Source: Perkinsus olseni (lineage: Eukaryota). From it: a stretch of DNA of 63,022 bases. The stretch is from NCBI GenBank assembly GCA_013115125.1, contig JABANN010000140.1, positions 1 through 63,022 of the forward strand, in the 5' to 3' direction. Positions 22,751 through 33,432 of this stretch are shown in pieces; position 1 is the stretch's first letter; every line of letters starts with the position of its first letter. A model generated the notes under the pieces. The model was not told where the DNA came from, did not search any database, and saw only the letters and a program-made list of their open reading frames with translations. The position numbers were made by a program, and so were the translations under genes.

Positions 22751-25700
22751 TCAGCAGGCGACGACACAATCTGAGCTCGCTCCTTCACGAAGGGCCATAC
22801 GCGAGTCGAACTGCGATGGAAGGCCGTCTCGTGACCGACGACCACGATGTGATCTCTGGCGCGAGAGATGGCTACATTGGCTCGCTGAGGGTCCGAGATG
22901 AAGGTGCCTGCTCAAACTTCAGATGCAGAGGGGATGCTAGAGGAACTAATACCAAAGCAACCGCTGGAGGACCTCTGGTAGGTCAGCACCACAATAACAA
23001 TGCTCGCCTCGGAGCCTTGGAAGCTGTCCACGGTGGCCACGGTGACGGGCTCCGTGATCTGCAGTACAGAGGTCCCGTCCTAGCATCCCAGCAGACAATT
23101 TACAGACGATGCGAGCGACGAAGAGATGACCAGCCTCGGTCGCAGAGCGGTCAGAGCTGAGAGACCCCACCCTATCCTTGACCTCCTGCACCATTGCCTT
23201 ATACATGCAGATGACACTGATGTCCTGAGTGCGACGATAAAGGCGTTGAACCAGGCTAGCTACGAGGTCCGCCTCTCCAGGATGGTAAAGCGAGTCACCT
23301 ACGGCCACCCCAGCCTCTGCATCGCCCGTCCACAGCAGCCCACCTCTGCGCTGAGGAGGTGAGCTGCTGTTGTACTGTAGAGCTATCACGGCTGGCATGC
23401 CAGGGAGGGGAGCCCCCGCCGCTGGAGGGGTGTATTGTGTGGTCACCTGACGATAACGGTCTAGGCGTGGGTGCCTCTAAGTACGGTAGCAGCAGCACCT
23501 GTCCATCATAGAATAGGGTTGAGCAGATCGCAGAGATATCAGGGTGGCAGCGATACTGCGTCCTGAGCTGAAGGCTGTGCATGAGTTTGCCTCCAGGATG
23601 GGCTGCATGCCTAGGGTGCAGCAAGGGGCTACTCGAGGTCATCTAGCCTGGTGACACGCTACCTCTCCGCTATCAGCTTCATCACAGAGGTCGACCCAGT
23701 AGGGGCCTTGATCGGGCAGTCATCCGGTGGAGGCGGCAACTGCCTCGGATCGCCAAACATGAGCATACGGACCGGGCGTACGCTCCTCATCAACGGCAGC
23801 ATCAGAGTGGGCTCCGTCACTTGGCTGCACTCGTCAATCACAACGAATGGGCACGGTATCTGAACAGGCCACACCATACGACCAAGCCTCTTTCCTCCAT
23901 GCACCTACAGTCGAGGCCAGGTCGGCTGCTGACGCCAGTGTCGCGGCCACGATCGCTCTCGCCTTCCACTCTAGCACTGAAAGGCCAGGGGGGCCCTCCT
24001 TCTGAACCCGGCTCTGCGTCCTGGCGAAGTACTCATCCCGAATGCCAACAGCAATCCGATCATGGACACCCAAGCGGACGAAATCTTGGAGGCCTTTGGA
24101 CTTGAGCTTGAGAAGGACGTTGTCGACAGCGACGTTCGTTAGGGACAAGAGGCCGACCCTACGGTGGGCCACCGGCACGACGGGGCCGCAGGAAGCCACG
24201 AGTATCTCATAGAGTAGTGCCATCACTGCCGCCAACACTGTGGTCTTGCCGGAGCCGTAGACGCCTTGAACCATGATGAGGGGCTCAGCAGAGCTGTCCG
24301 AGAACCACGCCCTCACCTGCTCAAGTACCGCTACTTGCTCGGAGTTGAGGCCCGGGAACAACGTCATTGTGGCTGCCATACAGTCATCGAGATCGACAGC
24401 GGCAGGCAGGCTGAGAGCACGGCCTAACAGTCGGTGGCTACTGCTGCTACCTTGGCCGCGGAAGAGGCACAGACTAGTGCAGCAGATAGCCCAGGGGTCG
24501 AGAGACGCTCGAGATCCCGAGCCAGCATTGAACAGGTCTCCCTCACTATCATCGCTGCTGCCATCGTCGCCTTTGGTGGAGAGAACCTCCCGTATAGTTT
24601 GTAAGTACTGTAGCCTGTGTCCGACCCCCTCGAGGCAGTGCAGTTTGCTACAGGCCAGAGTCGACCCTACCACCAGACCTTCCTGGAACATCCTGGTCGT
24701 TTCAGTGAGCGGTCTAACTTGCAGCAGCCCCTGTGGGTTGAGGCCTCGCCATGTACTAGCATAGACCACCCACTTGCCCTTCACTAGGAACAGGAATACG
24801 TCCGGTGTCTCAATACGAGTCTCCTTATCGCGTACAGTAGACGACTTAAAGAAGAGCTTCGACCCACCGCGCCCCTTCTTGGTCGCCCCCTTGGAGTACC
24901 CGGGAAAGTACAGCCTCGCCTCCCCTTTGTCGGTCATCTTCAGCTTACACGTCGAGCCCAAAGGACATGCCTTGAACCGAGGAGCAGCTGATCTCGTCGG
25001 GCGCAACCCCGTGGCCAGGTCCCGCACGCCTTGGTGAAGCGCTCTGTAGATGGTGTCCAGCCACAAGAGGGCGTAGCTGCGCATCGATACGGCGACTGGA
25101 GAGGCGTCAACTGCGCTTGCAGCATCGCCAGACTTGCATGGGATTACAAAGTCCATGTCGAGGAGGTCGAAGGGCGTGGTCGGAGAGCGGTAGGGAGGAA
25201 AGGTCGACGCAACGGTAACGTCTTCCCTGACTTCCCTGATAGGGCTCGACCTGCTAGGGGCCTGGGGTGGAGCCCTGCTGGGCTTCAGTAGCAACGGAGC
25301 GTCTCCATCGTCGCTGTGCTTCGTTCGGGTCTGAGCTTTTCTCAGTATAGCCTCGAACTCGCCGTCCTCAGCATCAGGGGTGCCGGTGGGAGGCCGGCAG
25401 AGGCCACCAAAGGCACGGCTTTCGATGGCCGCAGCGGAGCGGAACATATCAGCACTCACCACCCCCACATTCACACTACCCCTAGACAGCCCCTGCGGCC
25501 CGCCCTGGCAACCTGCCGCCACGCAGCCAGTACCCTGGATGAGGCCGCCTTCACCCGACCCGAACTGCACCCGAGCAATGTGGCGTTGCAGTAGCATCTC
25601 CAGCGTAGCTGACTGGGCCTGGGCCTTGTTCCAATCTCGCCTCAGTGTGTAGCTCCAGATGGCGCTGTCGACCACCTCATCGTCCTCAAGGGTACACAGG

Positions 25701-26014
25701 CTAACGCCGGCTCCGCAAAGTACTAAGACGCCCTCTTGATACCGCTTCCTCTTCTGCGTCACTTGCGCTGTATACTGGCAGTCGAAGCGTCCCGTTAAGA
25801 CAGGAGCTTCTGCTCGGTTGCTGCCCCAACCTCCGAAAGACTGCTTGTTGTAGTCGTCTAGCTCCCTAGTAGTTTCTAGCGTTGATGGCTTCAGTTCCCG
25901 ACGTGGCCGTTTCCTCCTACCAACAGCCTTCAGGTCCATCAAATCCGCCGCCGCACCACTCGAGGCGCCACCGAGGAGGTCAACCTCGGCCAGACAGGAA
26001 TCAAAGTCGCACAT
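22751..26014 (-). CDS. ZGRF1: ZGRF1-like SF1 (UPF1/DNA2-type) helicase with N-terminal DUF2439
   Basis: FDCQYTAQVTQKRKRYQEGVL (DUF2439-like), LNSEQ, QGVYGSGKTT, LTNVAVDN, VVIDECSQVTEP, GDPRQLPP, QYRCHPDI, TVDSFQG, RANVAISRAR. Confidence 0.85.
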
Positions 26015-26190
26015 AGGACGCGAAAGTCGAGCTGAAAAGGCCCCACAGTAACTGTCGGGCCCGTTGCTCCCAGTCTTACTACGACAGCGCACCTACTAAT
26101 ACGGGACTTCGGATGCTGAGGGACAACAGCTGCCATGCCTCCGGCCACTGACTCACTAAACAACACACTAGAGGCGTAGGGGAGAGGTCA

Positions 26191-27117
26191 TTAAAGTTTA
26201 CTACGAATTGCCAAGTATCCTATACCAGCAGCACCGGCTGCTGCTGCTGCACAGAGGCAATGTAAAAATGGCGGGTACCATAGAACGACGCCCGAGGCGT
26301 GCCGAGTAAGGGCCTTACGCCATGCCGCTACATACAGAGTGTAGACCATATCATGGAGGGCCGAGTTGAACATGTGGGGTATCTTACACCCTATGATCGG
26401 GAGGGACCGGTAGGGAGTGAGGCCAGTTGAGGGGTCCATCGTAAGCATCTCAGAAAAACACAGAGTCATTCCCCACAGGCTCAAGGCGTCCACGGCGACC
26501 TCGGGCCGGATTTTGGTGGCATCTCTCAAGCAAACTACAAGCGATGGCAGTGTGAGCTCCGTCAAACCGAGGAGATGCAGATACCAATACATGCTCGTGT
26601 CCCTTGGGATACTCCACTTAACTTCCTTCACGTCCTCTTCCCTAGCGCAGGCGATTGCTGTGAGAGGGACCCACCCACAGGCAGCAACTTCCTCGACTGC
26701 CAACGTGAAGGCCTGAGGGGCCAGTTGCTCGTAGACGAAGCAGCCAATGACCATATTAACCCTGCGGGATTCGAAGGTCTCCATGTCGCTAACTCGGCCA
26801 AGGTATCTGTAGTGCTTCCTGTTCGTGAGGTCGACTCCCAGCTCCTCCCGAACCTCTCGACAGGCAGTGGTAAAGTCACAGGCAGCGTCTTCCACGTCAC
26901 AGCGACCACCGGGGAAGGCCGTCTGTCCCGACCAGGGGTCGCCTTCACGAGCAGCCCGGCGTATGAGGAGCATCTCAGCAGGATCCTGCGGTTGAGGGCC
27001 CGGGCGTACAATACAGGCCACCATTGCCCGGGACTTCACCGCTACCTTAGCCGCGCTGAGGACGGGCGATTGGCGAGCTAGCCTGGCAGTAATCTGGGGT
27101 ATGGTGAGGGCAGGCAT
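26191..27117 (-). CDS. Nudix hydrolase, CoA-diphosphatase-like (NUDT7/PCD1 type), ends in SKL; intronless
   Basis: LLIRRAAREGDPWSGQTAFPGG and Nudix box TACREVREELG, LWGMT; C-terminal hydrophobic stretch then SKL*. Confidence 0.9.
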   Translation of the reverse strand: MPALTIPQITARLARQSPVLSAAKVAVKSRAMVACIVRPGPQPQDPAEMLLIRRAAREGDPWSGQTAFPGGRCDVEDAACDFTTACREVREELGVDLTNRKHYRYLGRVSDMETFESRRVNMVIGCFVYEQLAPQAFTLAVEEVAACGWVPLTAIACAREEDVKEVKWSIPRDTSMYWYLHLLGLTELTLPSLVVCLRDATKIRPEVAVDALSLWGMTLCFSEMLTMDPSTGLTPYRSLPIIGCKIPHMFNSALHDMVYTLYVAAWRKALTRHASGVVLWYPPFLHCLCAAAAAGAAGIGYLAIRSKL

Positions 27118-27358
27118 TCGAGGGCGTGAGATGAACAGCGGTTAATAAACTATGAAGACACAAAACGTGACGCCGCTCTCTGCTTGCGAACAGCCACTTC
27201 ATAGATTCTTGATGACATCCCGGAGACCACAGTCGATGGACCATCACTTGGAGGCCAGCAGAGGCCGAGAGTATGACTGTTGCTGCTGTTCGAGCGCAGG
27301 AGAACTCAGCTAAGTGTAGCGTCCAGAAACAATAGTACAAAGGATGTGCATGGAGCGG

Positions 27359-28297
27359 TCAGAGGCGACTGCGCAGGCCTACGTAGACGGCACCAGCGGC
27401 AGCGACGATAAGGCAGGCAAGGACGCCGTGGAAAAAGCACAAATAAGACAGATGCATCGCCGAGCCATCACGCAGCCCTCGCCGATTATTATACGTCGAA
27501 TGGTACAGCGCCACGAGGAGGTCATGCACTGCTGAGTTGAACTTGCGAGGGATTCTGATGCCGAGGACGGGCAGCTTGCGGTATAGCCTTAGAGGGTTGC
27601 CATCGCGGGCTATCATATTCGAAAACTGTAGCGTTATACCCCATAGACTGAGATCATCCACAGAAACATCAGGTCTAGCCTGGACCGGGTCCCTCATGAC
27701 GATAGGGAGGGTCGCCAGGGCCACACGATTCAGACCGATGAGATCAAGATAGCCATGAAGATAGGACGGCAGCCCCCAACCCCTGGGGACGGTCCAGTAG
27801 GTATTGTGGAGGTCATCATTAGTAGCATAGCCGATCAAGGAAAGCGGCACCCAACCGCTGGCTGAGACCTCACGAGGGTCCAGTGTGAGGGAGTCGGGTG
27901 CTAGCTGTTCGAAGACCAGGCAACCGATGACCATGTGGATCCTCCCCCGGCGATAGATCTCAATATCGCTGACCCGCCCTAGCAACCTGTAGTGCGCCTC
28001 ATCGGCCAAGTTGATCCCTACTTCTTCCCTCACTTCCCGTATTACCGTTGCCAGATCATCACCGTCGTCCTCGACCTCACAGCGGCCACCAGGGAAGGCA
28101 GTCTGACCCGACCAGGGGTCCCCTTCACGAATGGCCCGGAGTATGGTCAGCATCTCGGCCGACTGTCCAGGCTCCGACCCTGGTCTAACGATACACCCTA
28201 TCATCGCTCTTGACTTCACAGGCGTTACAGCGCCACTCAGGACGGGTTCCTCCTGCGACAGTCGAGCTGCAAGCTGGGATACGGTGATGGTAGGCAT
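27359..28297 (-). CDS. Second tandem Nudix hydrolase paralog, ends in SRL; intronless
   Basis: MPTITVSQLAARL..., RAIREGDPWSGQTAFPGG, TVIREVREEVG, LWGIT; colinear with the neighbouring Nudix; SRL*. Confidence 0.9.
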   Translation of the reverse strand: MPTITVSQLAARLSQEEPVLSGAVTPVKSRAMIGCIVRPGSEPGQSAEMLTILRAIREGDPWSGQTAFPGGRCEVEDDGDDLATVIREVREEVGINLADEAHYRLLGRVSDIEIYRRGRIHMVIGCLVFEQLAPDSLTLDPREVSASGWVPLSLIGYATNDDLHNTYWTVPRGWGLPSYLHGYLDLIGLNRVALATLPIVMRDPVQARPDVSVDDLSLWGITLQFSNMIARDGNPLRLYRKLPVLGIRIPRKFNSAVHDLLVALYHSTYNNRRGLRDGSAMHLSYLCFFHGVLACLIVAAAGAVYVGLRSRL

Positions 28298-28664
28298 ACA
28301 AGACGCTGACAGGCCTGAACAGCACGCTCTTGCGCTAGTACTGGGCTTTTGGTGCACAGCCCCCCTAGCTACTCCCCGTCGGATGGTCATCCCTATCCGT
28401 TATTCGAGACGTTGGAACACAACAGATGGAGTTGCATAGAGCTTCATTATTGTTATTGTTATTAAGTGATATGGCCAAAGGAGTGCTATGCAGGTCCTGC
28501 TAGAGCCAACAGCTGAGGGGTGGTGATACTTATACCAATACAGTGTACAGCTCACGACGACGAGGAGGAGGAGGACCAGAGAATATCAAGCCGAGCAGCA
28601 TGCACTACGCAACAAAGACAATCATTAATATTCTAGTTCACACGAGAACACTACTGCCGCTACT

Positions 28665-29762
28665 TCAGTCCACAATAGGGTGCCACACTTCTATCCGATG
28701 GTCGAAGTCCAGCAGGTGCGGGTCAGGCTGCAAGATTCGGGTTATCCACAGGCCACCATCAGGCCTCAAGAATATCCTCTCTGGGGTAATGTTGGCCGCA
28801 TTAGCGGCTATACCAGTGCCCCCTCGAGCAGCGCCAACCATCGGCATATCAAATTGGTAGAGGACAGCCCTCGAGTCGGGCGAGTAGATCCAAAGGCGCC
28901 AATTGGGCTTTTCGGGAGACCCTCCGAGAATGTAAATCCATTTACGTTTATAGTCGATGTCCATTGAAGTACACTGTCTGGGTATGATAAGGAGAGTCTC
29001 CCAACCTTGCCCCTCTCGGCGCTGCAACACGGTCTGCTCGTCATCACCGCCGGTAGGCTCCTCAACTCCAACTAGTATGAAGATCTCCGACTCTAAGATA
29101 GCAAAGCACTGTATGAGCTCAGGCACCGTGCAGAGAGACTCGCACATCCACATGCCCGACATACGGGACATTCGGACCAAAAGGTTATCCGAGAACCCCA
29201 GGCCAGGCGCGATGCCATAGAGGGCGTCGGAGAAGGGAGTTGCAGTGGTGAGCTCTACCAGCAGATCCACGGGCGTACCCGAGCTCTTAACGACGGCAAG
29301 AGGTAGGCTGTCTCGAGGCGAATCCTCACTGACGGACCAGCCCGTCACCTGAGTGACCAGTGAATTGAATACAAATGTTATGCAAGGACGATGGTTCCTC
29401 ATACTAGCACAAATTGAATTGTGGACGTAGGGCAAAGAGATCTCCGCTAGCTGGCTCCGGTGACCATCTAGCGAGAGACTCTCGAGTACGTATTGATCAG
29501 AAGGGAAGGCAACCCACAGCAGCTGGCAGGAAGGCAGGCCTCCGTCCAGCCGAGTGTACACCGGATAGATGTTGCCATCCTCTGTTTCGACATCATGACC
29601 GGACCGGTCTAGAGTGAAGCCTCTGATAGACGGGCGTAGATACTCCCAGATACTGATAGAGACCTCCAGCGGCACTCCTTGATGTCGACTTCGCTTCAAC
29701 AGGTTTGCTAAACTTAGCAGTGTTCTCGTGGATAGTACGTCATGGGTAGCGGCATTAGACAT
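28665..29762 (-). CDS. Hypothetical intronless protein (F-box-like N-terminal patch, beta-rich C-terminus)
   Basis: 365-aa ORF; GVPLEVSISIWEYL resembles an F-box helix; short beta-strand-like segments follow. Confidence 0.65.
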   Translation of the reverse strand: MSNAATHDVLSTRTLLSLANLLKRSRHQGVPLEVSISIWEYLRPSIRGFTLDRSGHDVETEDGNIYPVYTRLDGGLPSCQLLWVAFPSDQYVLESLSLDGHRSQLAEISLPYVHNSICASMRNHRPCITFVFNSLVTQVTGWSVSEDSPRDSLPLAVVKSSGTPVDLLVELTTATPFSDALYGIAPGLGFSDNLLVRMSRMSGMWMCESLCTVPELIQCFAILESEIFILVGVEEPTGGDDEQTVLQRREGQGWETLLIIPRQCTSMDIDYKRKWIYILGGSPEKPNWRLWIYSPDSRAVLYQFDMPMVGAARGGTGIAANAANITPERIFLRPDGGLWITRILQPDPHLLDFDHRIEVWHPIVD

Positions 29763-29900
29763 TGCCCGGGGAAAACAGGGGGGGCAGCAGGAGCAGCAGA
29801 AAGAGCAAACCTACACAGACCGTCGGACGCCGACCGCCCCATCGCAAACGCAACTCCACGTGGCTTGCCTTACACCTCACCACTGGGACCATGCAGCAGA

Positions 29901-31178
29901 CTAGAGCATGAAAGGCAGGTCCGAATTCCTCAGGCCATCACCTAGGTAGACGCCTCCATACAGGGTCGTGGCAGGTACGTGGAAGGCTGTGTAACCAGGC
30001 CAGATCAGGCTCCTCAGCAAGGTCGCCCCCTAAGGCCAGGGGGTAGACGACCGATAGGCGGATGATGATTGCCCCACCTGCAGCGGTTGAACATTGGGTC
30101 GTAGCACCCATGCTGAGCCCTTGGGGAAATCTTCATCGAGAGTGTCCAGGAAGTTAGATGATGTCATGAACGCAGCATCATCCGAGACCTGCGAAGAGAC
30201 CTGTCGAATGCTTCGCACCGCTACCAATCCTATACTACCGAGGCGCGGAGGGCAGAGGCATCCGAGGAGGGACGGAAGTGACGGAAGGAGGCGATCGAGC
30301 CCGCATCCGCGAAGCTCAATCCTGAACCGAAGGACCGACAATGAACCGACAAGCGCAGCCGTCAGGTGTGCCCCGCCGAGGATTCAGTACCTCTGAAGGC
30401 GACACTCTCCTTCACTTTAAAGGAGTCGCTAACACAGTGGGCCCCAGCTGGCACCACCGACGTCTCAGCGTCGATATGCGGCACAGCTAGGGCCAAACGC
30501 TGTAGGTCAGTGACCTTGTGAAGAGAGGTCGGGTAGGGCCAGTAACGAGGAACGCTACCTTCAATGGGGTGGGGGCGTTCTCCTTCTCCTCGTCTTCAGC
30601 GACGTTTGGAAGTTTCTCAGTCGCGACGAGCCTGGCAAGGTAGACGTTCTGAGTACGGTTCACCCGGCAAGAATAGTACTACTACGGCTGCTACCAAGAG
30701 GAAAGTCGTCTATCCAGCAACTACCATTACTACTTCGATGGGACACCTATGAAGGGTTGGGTCTGGTCCACCAGCGACTTCACAATATCCTCCTCGGACT
30801 CCACCAGCTCTGGCAGTTCCACGAAATCTGAGGAACACCAATATCCGTCGACTAAACAACCACCTTGGCTCTACCAGAGGCAGTAGAAGTACTGAAATAA
30901 AACTCCTTCTTAGGGAAGGCATCCGAGCACGACCTCAGCCCATAAGCGATATAGTAGTTGCCTTTGATGCCTGCTATGCGCCCCCAGAAGTATACCTAGA
31001 GAGAGGGGCAGGTGGCGCTTGGGACCGCGGGTTGAATAGCAACTCCGACCTTGTCAAATTTAGCGTCGCATTTTAGCTGGTCGAGCCCAGCTCTGATGCT
31101 GAGGATTTCCTGCGGGCTCAGGGTGGACCCCTGCCCTCCGCAGAACTTTAGGGCGACATCGAAGGTGTGAGCGTCCAT
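29901..31178 (-). CDS. RSPH9: Radial spoke head protein 9, multi-exon
   Basis: LSPQEILSIRAGL..FDK|VYFWGRIAGIKGNYYIAYG, FLDTLDEDFPKGSAWVL, LRSLIWPGYTAFHVPATTLYGGVYLGDGLRNSDLPFML*. Confidence 0.92.
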
Positions 31179-31341
31179 TTTCAATTTTCTTCACCGAGTT
31201 GTTCGCAAAGTGCGTCGGAATGGTAGAGCGCAAAACGTTTGGGGTAAAACGATGTCTTATCGGAAGTTCTCGCGCATCACATAATCGCCTTCGCAGCCCC
31301 TGTCATAACCACCTATAAAACACCTCAATTTTTTATCTTGT

Positions 31342-32737
31342 ATGACGGGCTCGCTTGAATCCCAAGACAGCTACTGCAGCAGCTCCAGTAACGGCCCTAG
31401 TTTCCCCGGGTATTTCTACAGCAGCATCGCAGCCGACGAGGCGACCGGTGATAATGTGAACGCTATAGTGGTCCACGACATAGAGTCTGAGCACTACCGA
31501 ATGCTGGTCGGCCCTACCAGAGGGAAGGTCTTCCGCTTGTTCAATCGGATACGGGCAAGAGGGCAAGACGCCAGTCTGGCCGACGGAGCGGAGGACATAG
31601 TCCTAGGGTTGATCTGTCCCTTGTACAACCTCGGCCTTGTAGAGGATGTTACTGCCGGTGAACTGGACTTATCTGTAGTCCTGAGGAGCCTTACTGGACT
31701 GTCTGGCGAGGTGGCAACACGGTCCAGAGTCCCCATCCTGTTCCGATTGGCTCGCAATCTTGTGATACGCTTCCGCTGGGAGAACGACCAGGCACTGAAA
31801 GTAATTTTTGAAGGTTTTGGCTACACCCCTCTTGACGGAGTCAGGGAGGCCATCAGCCAGATCACCCCACGTGGCCTTAGTCCGCCCTTCCCCACCCAAG
31901 ACGAGGCTTGGGACTGGTTCAAGAGCGGCGACTGTGATGAGGTGTATCCGCCCTGGGACTTCAAATTCACTAAAATCATGCATTCGTTGTGGGACAACAA
32001 ACTGGCAAGGCTGGCCATGAGCACCTCGGATTGGTCGCAGATGTTCTGGGCCGTACTCTGCGTCATTCCAGCTCGTATTGAATCGGTTACCATAACGCCG
32101 GGCACGCCAGATAATATGGAACCACAGGCTAGGGCGAAGATGGTCAGATTGGATCAAGGAGATCCTCTCGGTGACTACCTATCTAAGGAGGAGGACGAGC
32201 TTGCTGTCATGTAATATCATCGGCCATTAGGGGACGGCGAATTCCCTTATCATTTTGCAGTGTATTGAAGACCCCGACCAAGAGGGCTCTTGCGGAGAAA
32301 TACGCTGCCAGCGGGACTAACTGGTGTGCACTGGTCCAACCGGCCAAGACAGGTAGTAACTGGACAAAACATTCGACTGGGTCATTAATGCTGCCACTTG
32401 TTAGCTTTTGAGCAGCAGCTGAGAGGAGCGGACCCTCATAGAATAGCAAAGCTGCTTGCCGGCGCTGCTGCCCCTTCGGAGACGGTCTTGGCACCTACAG
32501 ACTGGCGTGATAGCGATCCTACTTGGAATTTTGTAGACGATAAGGATTGGATGGGCTATGTCCTCAAAGAACATGGAAGAGTTCTGTGGTAGTAATGGCG
32601 GTCTCATACCAACTTTTCCCGAACTCTCGGTATTAATTCGCAGGAGGCCTGCTCCGGGATACGGCGAGTTCGCGGATCCAAGCCTCTTCTACAGTGACGA
32701 GGATGCCTTCAGCGGCGCCGAGGAAGGATCCGCTTGA
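31342..32737 (+). CDS. Hypothetical protein (large first exon plus short 3' exons)
   Basis: The 290-aa ORF continues through GT-AG introns to ...YSDEDAFSGAEEGSA*; no family recognised. Confidence 0.65.
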
Positions 32738-32742
32738 GTTCA

Positions 32743-33390
32743 CTAATTGATTGGAATCCGTCTGCCGTCCTGTACTGCTCCTGGGCGGAGCTTGCTGATT
32801 TTCCTCTGCTCGCGGCGCTGGTCGAGCAAAGATTTTCGTAGCAGTTCATGTACCGCCGTCTCCAGCTATAGCAGTTGCTCGCTAATACTATCACTATTCG
32901 AATCATCGAGTTGAACCCCTCCCATCTGCTCTGTTTCACTTGTGTCTCTCTCAATCATCGTTGTCGTGTTGAGGAGATGAAGTTGTAGATGCCACCTATG
33001 ATCGACCTATGATACGCTAAGATACTCGGGAAGCATTCCATCGTCACTGCCCCTCCCACAAAATCTATTATGCTGTAACCCATCAGTATCCACATGCGCT
33101 GTTTTTCACTTCATTTCACCATCTCGAAGCCACTACTAGTGTCCGAGCGCACTGTGATAACGCTCGTACCGATCTCCCACCGGAAGGAAGGCTTTTCCGT
33201 TCCCTTACCACAGCCGTTGTGAGGACACCTCAGCTGCTGTAACCTGATCCATCTCCGAACAGGGAAATGAGATGGGGAGGTTGAGAGGCTTCAAGTGCCC
33301 GTCACAGTTTCTTGTCGACAAGCGTATCCTCCTGGTGGAAAGCTTGGGTTGTCCTTTGTTGTCGGGTTACTGCATCGATTAGCTATCATT
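32743..33390 (-). pseudogene. Possible small gene or pseudogene divergent from the HECT gene
   Basis: Coding-like pieces (QLRCPHNGCGKG; LETAVHELLRKSLLDQRREQRKISKLRPG..PIN*), but with an in-frame stop or unresolved splicing. Confidence 0.25.
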
Positions 33391-33432
33391 CTGGATGTTG
33401 TAGATACTCCATTTTGAATCTAACCCTTCATT

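Noticed and set aside
33130-33380. Cluster of hairpins, including CCGGAAGGAAG (SRP-like)
   Set aside because: Lacks the flanking CAGG/AGCAG SRP motif, and the minus strand has coding-like fragments; stems may be chance.
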